Source: Nageia nagi (taxonomy: Eukaryota > Plantae > Pinophyta). Taken from it: DNA of 64,000 bases. The translations under genes were made by a program, and so were the position numbers. A model generated the notes under the pieces. That model was not told the DNA's origin, did no database searches, and was given only the letters and a program-made list of their open reading frames with translations. The stretch is taken from positions 102,424,001-102,488,000 of the forward strand of contig JBITNC010000001.1 in the NCBI GenBank assembly GCA_050084985.1. Direction: 5' to 3'. Shown piece by piece: positions 1 through 13,724 of this stretch. Positions within the stretch are counted from its first letter, which is position 1, and every line of letters begins with the position of its first letter.

Positions 1-3000
1 GCCTATAAATAAAAGACACCCTTTTTGTGATCACACACCAATTTTGTGGAGTAAAGTTATGTTATAGGATAGTGTTTAGGAGAGGATATTAGGAGAATTG
101 TAAGAGGTTCATGTTTGTGAATGAAGTAAAATCTAGTTAATGGATGTACTCCTAGTTGGAGGAACCAGTTTATCTCTTGAGTCACTTTGTGAGAATGTCT
201 TCTTGAGTTATCTTGATATGAGTTTGAGCTTCCATGAGATCTTGGTAGTTTACGGTTGTTTATGTTATATTTCAATCCTCACATTTAGTATCAGAGCACC
301 TTAGAGGCTCCTCTTCACGTCCTTGGTGTTGCAGCTCTTCTTCTACAACTCGGAGATTTTAATTCTTAAACATTCTCTTCATTGTGAGGTAAAATCAAGA
401 GAGAAGGTATAACTTCCTTCATATAGTCTCCTTAAATTTTTTTGGCTTATTTTACTAATGACAATAACACATCTTGAATTATGTGTTAGCTATTTTTTTT
501 GTTTGCAAAATATGGCTAAAAGTAGAAATTTTTTTTACTAACCTCTAGTGAGCATGTTGTTAATTTTTTTTAAAGGAGATTAGTATATAGAAATAGAAAT
601 ATTATAATCTATTTATTATTAAAAAGGGTGTATCTTTTTTTTTAAAAAATTATATGATGAAAAGTTTGTTCTTTTACACAAAGTTTGATGAGAGCAATAC
701 ATTTTTTTGCTATAAAATGATTATTATAAGCTTTGTAATTAAAATATGCTATTACAATTTGCAATAAAAAAAAAACTTGTAATAGAAATATTTTTTTTTT
801 ATATAATGTTGATAAGAACTTAGGCTATTACATTTAAAAAAAAAATTATTGGCAGCATGATTACTCTCTTTTTTTTGAGAAGTGGTAGTGGCTTGAAACC
901 CACCTTCTGTGGGCATGGCCTTTGAAACCCATTGCCTTCCTCTATCGTAGCTCTTTTCCTATGCTTTCCACCATGGCTTGCCATTACTCACCCCCTCCCT
1001 TTGTTCACAGTCTTGCTTGAGCGAAGTCCATCCACCCAGGATCTGTAGGCTATCAAAACAAGGGTGGGTGGGGGGTCTATTTTTTTCTTTTGGTCTTCTC
1101 TATGCCTACGTAGCCTTCCAAAGACTATCTTAGGCTTACCTCCTCTACATCCCTCTCTTTCTCTCTCTCTCTCTAATGCCTTCTCAAGTTTTATTTTCCC
1201 TTTCTACGTGACTGTTCTAACCCTCGCTGTTCCTCCACCTCCATTATTGCGAGCTCCACCAGTCCATCTCATCTGTGTGGCTCATTAAAAATTGGCCTCC
1301 CTCTTACCCTTTGTGGCACCTCTTAAAGTTTTGGTATCATGAGACGTTCAGGCAAGTCTCTCCCAAGCTCCTCAGAGCCTCTATCGCACCTACCCGCCCC
1401 CCCTTTTTTATGCTCTACGAGGCCTCTTCTTTTTTTTCTTACCACTTGACTTGTTTAATAAAATATATTTGCGCCCCCTACATTTGGTCATGTTCATTTA
1501 ATGTTTTTTTGTTCCTTACATGTTTTCTCATTTTCTTGGAGGGAGTGCATCATTTTTTTACTTAAAAGCATTTATTTCTTACTAAGAAGTACTCCAAATT
1601 TAATAGAATCTGATTTGGAGTATTTTTTTTATTTTACTTGGAGTGGTTGGTGAAAATTGCATTAAATATATTTGATTTTTTCTCTCAAGTGCTAGTAGAA
1701 GCATAATGGCCTATTAAATTCTTACTTGTTTAAATCGAGAAAATCATTAAGTAAACATTTTAAGGTAATTTTTTTTACTTAGTAAATATTTTTAATACCT
1801 AGAACTAAATTATTCAAGTATATTTTAGTGCTTATTGTTGGTAATTTTTTAAACTTGGTATTAATATTTTCTAATATTAAAGACACTAGTGCTTATCATT
1901 TTTTTCCTCTTTCATTAGTTAAATTTCTAAGGTAAAACTTGTATGCTATCTTTAGGGGATAAGTTTTAAGTAAGAGGGAGAAACTTGTATAAATGTTTTA
2001 CATAAATTTTATCTAGATATTGCATATCTATCTATCTTTCTAAATTCCTTATGCAAAGTTAACTTATGCAAATAGGATGATGCATGCTCCTACTTATTTT
2101 TTAAGTTAAATAATGCATGCTAGGTATTTACATTGCAAAGTGATAGATAGACTTATGCAAAATAAGGAAATAATGCATGTTTATGTCTCTTAAATGTTTT
2201 TTTTTAAAGTCTTTATGAATGGACTAGTTCTTGTATAGGAAATAATGCATGCTTACTTAAAATGTTTAAGCCGTGGGAATAATGCATGCTTATAAGTTAT
2301 GATGCATTAGATGACTCCTTAATTTTTACTTCTTTATGCGAAGTATGGAATGGACTTGTGCAAATAGGGAATGATGTAAAGGTGTCCTTTAGGGGTTGGT
2401 AAACAAAACCCATTAGAATCTTAGGTTTCAAATTTCGAATGGATGATATTTTATTTATCTTCATGTTTCATAGTTTTTCTTTATTTACTTATGTAAAATC
2501 GCAAACATTGAGATAAAAAAACCCCTTAAAATGAACACATCTGTATGTACATTCTACAGCATGACTTGTTTGGGGAGCCATGAGGTGAGGGCAGATAGAC
2601 TGAAGCCTTTAAGTCTGATGATTCAAATGGTGAAAAGTTTGTATTTTTTAATTGATCCTAATTCTTCTATTGGTTTGGATATAACTCTAATAAGTGGATA
2701 GGCATGTGTGTAGTGATACCACATGTCCACATGTCCATTCAGGGATTATTTTGATAATCTTAGGAGGATAACTTGAAACCTAATCAAGATTAATAATTTG
2801 GCCAATCTAATATATGTCATAACCTTGGAAAATAGTAGGTACTTCTCTAAGAGTATAATACTACCCAAGGCAAATTGGTTGAGAATTGGTAGTACCTAAC
2901 CTCCACCTTATGGGCATCTAAATGAAGGTTTAATTTTTAGACAAGAAAATAAGTCTCAATAATGTCACTCTACATCTATAGTTCTTTGTGATGATAAATG

Positions 3001-6000
3001 TGTTGGGTACATGGGATGTATATTTAAGTTGTTAACATTTGCACTTGTGAATCAAATCAAGCATATCTTTTTGCTAAATTTAACATGTATTATTTAGGTA
3101 CTTGAATAAAACTAATCATATAATTTTCTTTTAGACCACATACTTATTATTTTTCACATTCTTGTGTAGCAAATGGGAGACACTTTCTTACCAAAACACA
3201 CTCTCAATGGTTCTAACTTTGGTATTTCGGAACCTTAGATGAGAGTTGAATTGTAGGTAAGGAAGCTTTAGCAAATGCTAAAGGATAACCTTGTTGCTCC
3301 TACAAATGAGAAGGCATTTGATGCATACAACATGAAGAATGAGTTGACAACCTCCATGATTTTTTATATAGTTATAGATGATGTGCTCCTTATGATTTCA
3401 ACCTCAACTTTAGCAAATAAAGCTTGAGATAAGCTTAAGAAGATTTACGTTGGATCTAATTTTTTTAGAAGGTTCATTATGCTTTAAAATTTGCTTCAAT
3501 CTCGTCAAGGGAAAGATGAAAATGTTACCATCTACTTGAATAAAATCATTAACCTTAGGACCTAACTTATTATTTGTGGATGTAATTGGATCAATGATGA
3601 TTTCATGGTCTTCATCATTCTCCAAAGCCTTTCTTCAAAGTTTGGTAAATTTATGATAGTAATTGAGATTAAGCTTGATGATAAAGAAGAATTCTTCTCC
3701 CTTAAAAACCTTTCTAGGCTCCTTCTAAAGCATGAGAAAACTCTTAACAAAAAGGTGTTGATCTCTTTTCCAAAGAATAATAATGTTGCTTTAGGAGCAA
3801 CCTAAACTCCTTTTAAGAAGAAGTTTAATCATCATAAGAAATCTTATCCTTATTCCTTCAAAAGGTTTGAGAAAAAAGACAATAACAATTGCAAATAATG
3901 GTAACTACGATAATAACCAAAATAACAACTACTTTAAGTAAAGAGATGGAAAAGGTAAAGCAAGCAAACCAAATCCTAAGACAAAGTTTGATAAAAATTA
4001 TAATATTTATGGTATCCATGGTCACAAATAGACTAATTGCTACATAAAAAAAGAGAAGAAAAGAACAAGGGTAATGGAAATGTAAAGAACTTCAAAGGCA
4101 AGAAGAATGTAAAAGCTAGATTTACTACTGCCCTCTACTCAATGTCTCTCACTTTTTCATTTGATTAGATTGTTGACTTTGGTTGCACTAAACACCTATG
4201 CTTTGAAAAAGATAAGTTTAAAAGTTCTCACAAGTGTAAGAAAGATGCAGTTGTGATAGGTGATAATTCTATCTTTAAAGTTCAAGGAATTGGAAGTGTC
4301 TTAATTCATGGAAAGATTTTTAAAAATATGCTCTATGTTTCTAAGCTTAGGATAACCTTCTCTCAGTGATTCAAGTTGCAAGGAAAAGGTAATCATTTGA
4401 GTTCAACTCTCAATCTTGATGCATTAATAAAGGACTTACCACATTGGTTAAAGGGTCAGTGAAAGATGATCTCTACATTATGGATCAAGTTCAAACAAAG
4501 ATGTGCCTTGCTACAAATGTGTGTTCTAGAGGAAATCTTTGGCACCAATATTTAGGGCACCTTAACCATAAGTGTATTCAAGTCATGAAGGGCCAAGAAT
4601 TTATGGAAGGTTTTTCTTCTATTTCACTTTCAATTAGTTTTTGTGAGAAGTGCATCCTAGGCAAGATGAATAGATAAAGGTTCAAAAAAGATAAGGCAAT
4701 AAGAGCATCTCAACCTCTTCAACTTATGCATTCAGGTTTGATGGGTCCATTTCAAACTAAATCATTTGAGGGAGAATCTTATGTCTTGACCTTTATTGAT
4801 GATTTTAATAGGTTGACTTTTGGCTATCTACTTGAGCACAAGGATCAAACCTTTGAGAGTTTCAAGAATTTTAAAGCCTTAGTTGAAAATTAAACCAACT
4901 TTAAAATAAAGATGTTGATATCAGATAATGGAGGTGAATATAATAGCAATGAGTTCAATGTCTATTGTGCTAAGTATAGAATCAAGAGGCAGTTTACAAT
5001 TTCATACACTCTTCAACAGAATGGTGTTTTTAAAAGAAAAAAAAGATAATTATGGAGATGACTAGATGCATGTTGGGTAATCTTCCTAGTTTCTTATGGG
5101 GTGAAGCTATGAGCATTGATATTTACACTTTGAATAGGTATCCCACAAAATCCATTCAGGGTAAAAATCCTTTTGAGGCATGGTCAAGAAGAAAAACTAA
5201 CATTTCTCACCTTAGGGTGTTTGGTTGTGAAGCATTCTCCTACATTGTTTCTGAGAAAAGGAAAAAGTTAGACAAAAGAGATGAAAAGTACATATTTATG
5301 GGTTATGATAGTTGAAATAGAGGTCATAAGATCTACTCTCTTTCCTATAAAGGAGTGTTTATTTTTAGGAATGTAAAGTTCAATGAACTTCCTAAAGAAT
5401 CTACTTCTAATGAGGATGTTGATGATTTATATGACTTGTTAGTTGCACCTAGCTAGTTGGATTTTGATGTAGATAAGTCACCTTAGGAGAAAAATTCTCC
5501 AACACAAAGGGTAATAAGGAGAATGACCTTGAATAAATCCTTATTTTATAAAATTGATAACAAAAATGATCCCTCATCTTTCAAAGAAGCTTCAAAACAC
5601 GAGTGCTAGATGGAAGCCATGAAAGTAGAGTATGAGTCACTTATGAAAAATGAAACTTGGGACTTAGTTCCTTATCAAAATGAGAAAAATGTGATTGGTA
5701 ATAATAGATCTACAAGGTCAAGTTTAATTTAGTTGGGGATATTGAGAAATATAAGGCAAAGTTAGTAGCCAAAGGTTTTGCTCAAAAATACGATGTAGAT
5801 TATTAGAAAACCTTTGCTCTCGTGGCAAAGATGCCTACTATCAGGATTATCTTTTCTCTTTCTATAGCTCAAGGATGGAAATTTTTTCAACTTGATGTCA
5901 AGAGTGCATTTATTAATGGTGAATTAGATGTAAAAATCTTCATGAATCAACCAAAAGGGTTTATTATAGAAGGTAAAGAGTCTTTTATGTGTAAGATAAA

Positions 6001-6967
6001 GAAGTCATTGTATGGATTTAAATAAGCACCTAGAGCCTGATACAAGAAGATTTTAGGGTACTTTACAGATATTGGATTCTTTAAGTGATTCTCTAACTCT
6101 GATCTATATGTGCTCAATCAAGAAAAAGATATGGTCTTGATTCTCCTTTATGTGGATGACCTTCTGATAACTGAGAATAATAATAAAATAATTCAAGAGT
6201 GCATATCCAAACTTAAAATAATGTTTAAAATGATTGATCATGATCTCATGCACTACTACCTTGGAATGCAAGTGTATAAATACAAGGATTATATCTATCT
6301 CAATTAATCCAAGTATATATCAAACATCTTACAAAAGTTTGGAATAGAGGAGTATAGATATGCTACGATCCCAGTCTCTCCTAAAATCATTATATCCCTT
6401 AGCTCCAACTCTTAGTTGGTAGATGCTACAACTTATAGATAATTTATTAGTAGTATTTTGTATTTGACTATATCCATGCTAGATATTATCTTTGCAATGA
6501 ATTTGATGGCATGATTCATGCAAAAACCATATGTTAAGCACCTTAATGTTATTAAGGAAATCTTGAGGTATGTTGTAGGTATAAAGGATCTTGCTCTCAA
6601 ATATTCTAAGTTGCCCTTATTTGTTCTCTTAGGGTTCTTAGATTCTAACTATGGGAGAGATAGAGATGATAGAAAATCAATCTTTATGTATGTATTTAGC
6701 ATTAGTTTAGGTGCTCTCTTGGGCCTCCAAGAAGTAGCCTATTATTTCTCTTTCCACCATAGAAGTTGAATACCGTGTCATATCTGTTGCAGCCTAAAAA
6801 GCTATTTGGCTAAAGCATCTTTTGAAAGAAATTGAGTATGAGCAAGTTGGCTCATCTTTAATTTCTTTAGATAATCATTTGGCTATTTCTTTGGCTAAGA
6901 ATCCTGTGTTCCATCAAAGAATAAAACATGTGGAAATCTAATCCCATTTTATCAAGGACAAGGTTCA

Positions 6968-9900
6968 TGTGTTGTTCTAAATGAACACTTATGCCAAATG
7001 CACTCAATAAGACTCAATTAGGGTTTCTCAAACCCTAAACTCCACACTCATAACATAACATTAGACCCCTAGAGCATGATCACACATCCAAGGCTAACGT
7101 TAGCCCTCCTAGGGTTTTAATGACACCTAAGATCCAATGAATGCTCATAATGACATATATGCAACCCAATAACATCAATGGATCATATACAATAGAAACC
7201 TAACATAAACATGGGCTAACCCTAATCACATGCATAAGTACACCAACCAAACAACATAAGGAGATAATAGACTTTATTAATGATCACCCAAATGTGCCCT
7301 AGGGTCAATAAAATGATAGTTGTATATAATATCACATAATTAAAATCATGGGAAAAACTAGGGATTGCCCCTCAGATGCCATCAAATGGCTTAAATGCTC
7401 AACCTAATTATATATGTTTAGGATCCCTAAGCCCTGACACCCTCTAGATGCTTCATCTAAGAAGATTCACTTAGCATCGCCAAGCTTAGGTAATCATATG
7501 GACTAGAATTAGCAATATGCAATATCAATAATTTGGCTAACTACAAATGAGCTCACATTGAGTATTTATAAGCTCTAGTCAAATAGTCCACCTCAAAATC
7601 ACCATAAGACCTATTCCAATGTTGGGTATTTTGAGGGGTCCAATGAATTAATGCATCATCCTGAAGTGTCAATGTCAGAATATAAGCCATAAGTGCTAAC
7701 TTGGGGTCCTAATCACTCCTAAAATCCAACATGGGATTTTTGGAAGCACAGTAAGCCAATGTGGGGATTTGGGGCCTTCTAGAGGTGATGCCAGCATGAC
7801 TTCTAGTTTGGAATGCTATAACTCATTGAGATTCCCACAACTCAGGATCTCCAACCTACTAAATATCAAAATGACTCCTTAAGAGAGAGACATCCCACTA
7901 GGGGCTCACAGGTGGGGTCCACAGGACTCAATATGCCTCTTATCTTAAGATACAACATGAACATGACTACATACAAGGGATATCTCTAAGATATCTACTT
8001 GATAGATACAAATTGGCACTAAAGTACGAAAGGGATATCACAAAGCCTCCCTCCTAAAATTGCTTATCCCCAAGCAATGCTGGAAGACTACAACATATTA
8101 TCTTCTAAGAATCCATTGATGATGATATCTTGTCACCACCAAATTGAAGGTCTTCACATAGGAAGTGAGTAAGACTAGAATCTTGGTAATGATCAAGTAC
8201 CTACAAACATGGAAATAGAAGTGAGAGTAAATAGATGGAGCCCATGCTCCCAATGAGAACCCACTTTCCACTCCACACCATTTCAGCTTCCCCAACTAAA
8301 ATCTGTACACATCAAAATCCTTCCTCTCCCCACATCATGCCATAGATTGCTCCTTGAATTCTCATAATCTAATTTCCACCCTTTATATGCATGAGAAAGT
8401 GGGTGAGCCTTGCTAAACCCCAACCATCATGCTAGAAAATCCTCCAACTCCATGGGGGGTAAGCTAACACACCAATGCTTTGTATGATGAGTACTCCTCC
8501 CTCCAAGACTAACATGTGGTGCTCCTTCTCTAGGAAACCTTTCAAGGCATGGATAATTACCCAATAGCTTAACATGGCATCACTAGCCTCCTTGTGACCC
8601 AACATTGCCATCCCAACCCCAAACACCTCCAAGGTGGGGTCTTTAGCCTTCTCACAGTCCTTGGTGGTAATGTAGGTCTCCTTAGTACCTAACATGAGCA
8701 CACGCGCATCTAATGTGCATAATGTGGATCCCCTAGCTCCTTTTAGGTCCTTTGAATGCTACAAGTTCCATCCTTTGGCCTCCTCCTTCTCTTAGCACCA
8801 TTCAATCATCTCTAGCCTCTTACTGTCCACCTGTGGGTAATCATCTCTAATTCCCTACAATGTGTGAGTTTTGCTATCAATTTTAAAACTCATGGTGAGC
8901 TTCTAGTAATTTGTGTGGATGTCCCTAAGATCAAACAACCATTACATAGCCAAGATGATATGTGGATGACCCTTGAGTGGGTAAAGGTAGAGATCCTCCC
9001 ATACCACACAACTCTACAACCTTACGCCAAACTACTCCATAATATGGTCAACCAAAGTGAGTTTCCCATTAGCATTGGAAACTCTAAATCCTTTGAATGC
9101 CTTAATCCTCATTCCCTTCTCCTCCATAAAACCATAATCAATGAAATTATGTGAAGCACCTAGATCTATCAAGACCATGATATCTTGGCCTTTCGCCTAT
9201 CCAACCACCTTCAAGGTCAAGTACTTCTTCACTCCATGCAAAGAGGTAATCATGTTCCCAAGTGTAATTTCCACTCTAGGTGATCCTAGTCCTACTATAC
9301 TAGCTCCCAATTCCAAGTCAAAATCTTTTGATCCTTCTTTCAAATACACTTCAGTGTAATGTGCCTATCACTTCCATAGGCAACGATGTCCAGGATTCCA
9401 AGGCTTCTTGCAAGAGAAGCACTTACCTTCCTCCATTAACCTCCTACATGTGGTTGAGTACAACTACTTTAGCTTGGATGGAGGTGCTACCTTGGCCTTG
9501 CTAGGCCCTTCTATAGGTAATCTTCAGTTGAGAACCCTTTGGATCTGGATCCTCCCTTAAGGGACTTCATCATGGGTTCCAAGTCATAAGATACCTAGAT
9601 CACACTATTTAGGCTCTTTGGAGAAGACACTTTCACCATCCCTATAAGTGGCTCCTCTAATCCCTCAACAAAGATGAAAACTAGTCATCCCTCAAGTAAA
9701 TGGTGAGTCATTATGGCCAACCGCTAGAATTCTATCATAAATTCCTCCAAACTATCTAATTGTCTCAATGTGGTGAGATCTCAAAAGTAGTCATCCTCCC
9801 TCTTCTAATCAAACCTCTTCACCACCCTCTTGGTGAACACATCAAAAGTGGTGATGAGAGAGTACCCTTGACTCACCATGCCATGTCACCACCACTCCAG

Positions 9901-12339
9901 CACATCACCCTCCAAGTGTAGTGATGCAAAATGTATCGCATCCTCTTTAACCATGCTAGGGTTTAGAATAAAATATATCTGTAATTGGTGCAACCATGCC
10001 CTAACCATCATCTTCACCCCATCAAACATCAAGATCTACATCTTTTTGATCTTATATTATAGATCTTGCCTCTCATATCCTGCAGGCTTGGTATGATCCT
10101 AATAACTCCAAGTATTTGTTGAAGTTAAAATCTCACCTCAACCCTAGATATAGTTGTGAATATTCCTTGAAAAGCTAGTTCAACCTCATTAGACTAGGGA
10201 CCCCATCTTTAGTCACCTCCTCAGTCTTTTGTGCAAACATAGGCTTGGTCAATCTAGGTATGATCGACTACTCCTCCATCTGATCCACATTCTCTTCAAA
10301 GTACCACCCTAGGAGAGGGTTAGTAGCTTGGGTTACTCGATAAGAGTTGGATCTCATCAATTTTGGCTCCAGCTACTCCATCAAGCCCATATGAGTGGAT
10401 TCTCTACCCATCAAGCTCTAATATCTCCTCATACTTCACTCCAATTCCTCTCCATCTTCTTCTCATACATCCTCACAACCTTCCTAACCAAGACATTGGG
10501 CCTCCTTGCCTCTCCTAACTAGATGTGGGTCATGTGGGCCACTTTTGACCTATCGTGGGCTATTTTCCTCATATCAACCCCAACATGGATGCTCCTCATC
10601 CCTCCTAGCTTGCTGTGGGGTTTCCCTTTCACCTTGATCCCTCCATGCATATCCTAGATCTTACCTAACATGATGTTGTGGCTCCCTTTCCACCTTAGAG
10701 CCACCCAACACCACTCCATCTACCTCTACATAGCAAATATAGCTCTAGTTATATTATTTATGGTAGAGATTATTTCCACAAACCTCCATTCTAGGGTGGA
10801 GCCCCAAACCAATGTTGCATCTTGCCTCTCTCTAGATCTTGGCCTCTCCTCAAACTTATTGCTCCCCCAAGCAGATGCCATAGTCTTCAAACCTTAGCTC
10901 AAAAATCTAAAACCCTCATATTAAATTTTTGCTCAAAAATCCAAAACCCTCATATTAAATTTTTTGAATAAGATAGTATGATAGATTGGGTCCTTTAATA
11001 CCTAGAAATGACCTTCAAATTTGTAGATATATCCTCCAAACCCTAGATGACCTAGTTTAGGAATTCAAATTTTCTTGAAAAATTATCATTTTAACCTTAA
11101 AATTGGCCTTTTAAATGTAGGAACTCTCGATCTATTGGTTCAACTTTCTTCTAGCTAGATCTTAACCTCATAGGCTACCTAGATGTAGGCTCTGATACCA
11201 TTGTGATGTTCCAAATGCACACTTGTGTCAAATGCACTCAATAAGAATTAGCTAGGGTTTCTCAAACCCTCAACTCCACACCCATAACATAATGTTGGCC
11301 CTCTAGAGCATAATTACACATCCAAGGCTGATGTCAGCCCTCATAGGGTTTTAATGATACCTAAGATATAACGAATGCTCATAATGACACATATGCAATG
11401 CAACAACATCAATAGATCATATACATTGGAAACCCAACATAAATAGGAGCTAACCCTAATCACATGCATAAGTACACCAATTACACAACACAATGAGATA
11501 ATAGAATATATTGATGATCACCCAAATGTGCCCTAAGAGCAACACAATGATATAATGTCACACAATTGAAACCATGGATAGACTAATCCCTTTACATCTC
11601 AGATCTACTCATATGAAGCAGTCTCCTCAAATCTTGGTAAACCACTAAAGGTAGGGATTGGCCTTTGAATGCCATTGGATGGGTTAGATGCTCCACCCAA
11701 CCATAGATGTTCGAGATCCCTCAGCCCTAACACCCTCTAGATGCTTCATCTAGGAAGATTCACTTAGCATTGTCAAGCTCAAGTAGTCACATGGACCAAT
11801 AGTAGCAATATGCAATATCAATAATTTGGCAAATTGAAAATGAGCTCACATCGAGTATTTATAAGCTCTAGTCAAATAGTCCACCTAGGAATCACCATAA
11901 GACCTTCTATTCTAATGTTGGGCATTTGGATGGGCCTAGTGACTTAACACACTATCTTGAAGTGTTAATGCAATAATATAAGCCATAAGTGCCAACATGG
12001 GGTCCTAGTCACTCCTAAAACCCAACGTGGGGTTCTTAGAAGCCCAGTAAGCCAATATGGGGGTGTGGGACCCTTCCAAAGATGATGCTAGCATGACATC
12101 TAGTTTGGAATGCTATATCTCATCATGATTCCCATAAATCAAGATCTCTAACCTACTAAATATCAATGTGACTCCTTAAGAGAGAGACATCCCACTAGGG
12201 ACTCACAGGTGGGGTCTACATGATACAGTATGTCTCTTGTCTTAATCTATAACATGAACATGACTACATACAAGGGATATCTCTAATATATATAATTGAC
12301 AGATACAAATTGGCACTAAAGTACAAAAGGGATATCACA
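6968..12339 (-). mobile_element. Non-autonomous Ty3/Gypsy-derived element (gag+protease only, TR-GAG/LARD-like) nested in Copia RNaseH
   Basis: LTRs 6968-8042 and 11202-12339 (tgtg...tcaca); PBS revcomp gctctgatacca 11189-11200; PPT revcomp 8043-8055; TSD gttca/attca. Confidence 0.93.
8043..10881 (-). pseudogene. Gypsy gag-protease pseudogene plus unknown C-terminal segment; no RT/RH/INT
   Basis: gag MFDGV...AWLHQLQIYF...HFASLHLEGDVLEW ~9900-10030; knuckle CFSCKKPWNPGHRC ~9380-9425; protease VLIDLGASHNFI ~9140-9180. Confidence 0.8.
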
Positions 12340-13724
12340 ATTCATGATAGCATCATACACCTAGAGTATTGTCCATCAACCTTGAACTTCACTGACGTGT
12401 TCACCAAGTCCCTTCCTAAAGCTCAATTTTGTAAACTTAGGGATGCTATTGGGTTGATGAAGTTTCCCTGAAGGGGGAGTGAAGTTTGAATTATTTTGTT
12501 GAATTCATGTTTGTGATGAGAACTTCACCCCTAGGAGGATTTTATGTTATATAGTGTTGATTTTGTTGTACACCTTCATAGTAAGTTTGCTTTACATGGG
12601 GAACTTGTATAAATTCTTAGAGCAAAAATATTGGCCAATCTAAGCACTATTGAGTTATGTGTGAGGAACTTGTATGTGTCTTTTGGAACTATTTAGTTAT
12701 CCATATGTGAAAAACTCATATGTGCATTTTTATTATGCTCTATTTTGAAATGATAATCAACACATGTTTTGTATACAATAGGTGATTATGAGTTTTGGAT
12801 TGGCATCTTTGCAATGAATTTTAGTGCACCATTGACCAGTTTATGATGGCATTTATTTGATTCATATATCCTTGTTGATATAAATATGTTGCATCTAACT
12901 AATCTTAATATTTGAGCTATTGATGACTTGCAGGTTCTTTTGAGATTGGAGGTTACTCACTTCGGGTGTGTAGGCTTATGGAGATTCATCATGACTTCTA
13001 GTTGGATAACTACTTTATGTACATTGAAATTGGTTATGGTTAATGATTGTATTATAAATCATTTGTTAAAATGGTAATGTAGTGAGTCTCAAACTAGATC
13101 TTAATTACTTCACAAATATGTAAAAAATTCTCATCTTTGGTTGTATCTCTTTGGAGGAGAACTCTCTTACTCTCTCTCTTTCTTCTCTCTTATTCTCTCT
13201 ATCCTAATATTGCATTAAGGGGGAGTGTTGGAATGTATAATGCATTATTGTAAATATTTTGTATTAATCATTTTTGTAAATTCACTAATACTTAAGGGTA
13301 TCATTAGATACCTTAAGTATTTAAGTGAATATAATAATGTAACTTGTCCTACACTCCATGTCATGAGCATGTCGCTTAGGTAAAAGGGAGTTGAATGTCA
13401 TGCCTTTGTACATTGGGTATAAGGATGATCCAAAGAGGGATTTTAGCCTATAAATAGAAGGCACCCTCTTTGTGATCACACACCAATTTTGTGGAGTAAA
13501 TTTATGCTATAGGATAGTGTTTAGGAGAAGAGATTAGGAGAATTGTAAGAGGTTCATATTTGTGAATGAAGATCTAGTTAGTGGATGTACTCCTAGTTGG
13601 AGGAACCCCTTTATCTCTTGAGTCACTTTGTGAGAATGTCTTCTTGAGTTATCTTGATGTGATTTTTAGCTTCTATTAGATCTTGGTAGTTTAGGGTTGT
13701 TTATGTTATATTTCAATCCTCACA

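Larger units (their letters stand above)
3173..12470 (+). pseudogene. Copia gag-pol pseudogene (gag, PR, INT, RT, RNaseH); RNaseH split at 6967/12340
   Basis: Degenerate zinc knuckle ~4000-4040; PR *IVDFGCTKHL ~4165; GAG-pre-integrase LWHQYLGH...CEKC; INT core; RT QLDVKSAF and LLYVDDLL; RNaseH KHVEI...; domain order INT-RT-RH = Copia; many stops and frameshifts. Confidence 0.93.
1..13724 (+). mobile_element. Decayed Ty1/Copia LTR retrotransposon (5' LTR cut by window edge), interrupted by a nested element at 6968-12339
   Basis: 5' LTR end 1-283 (...CA); PBS tagtatcagagc 286-297 (tRNA-iMet type); PPT aagggggag 13217-13225; 3' LTR 13226-13724 (TG...CA); LTRs about 94% identical over the shared 283 bp. 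Confidence 0.95.

Noticed and set aside
3173-6967. RIP/APOBEC-like hypermutation (many TGG>TAG/TGA and CAA>TAA stops)
   Set aside because: Adequately explained by deamination of methylated cytosines in old silenced plant TEs; a special context bias cannot be shown by eye.
12470-12480. Start of an additional LTR after the internal PPT-like gaagggggag
   Set aside because: The following sequence does not match the element's LTR; extra PPT-like tracts after pol are common in Copia elements.
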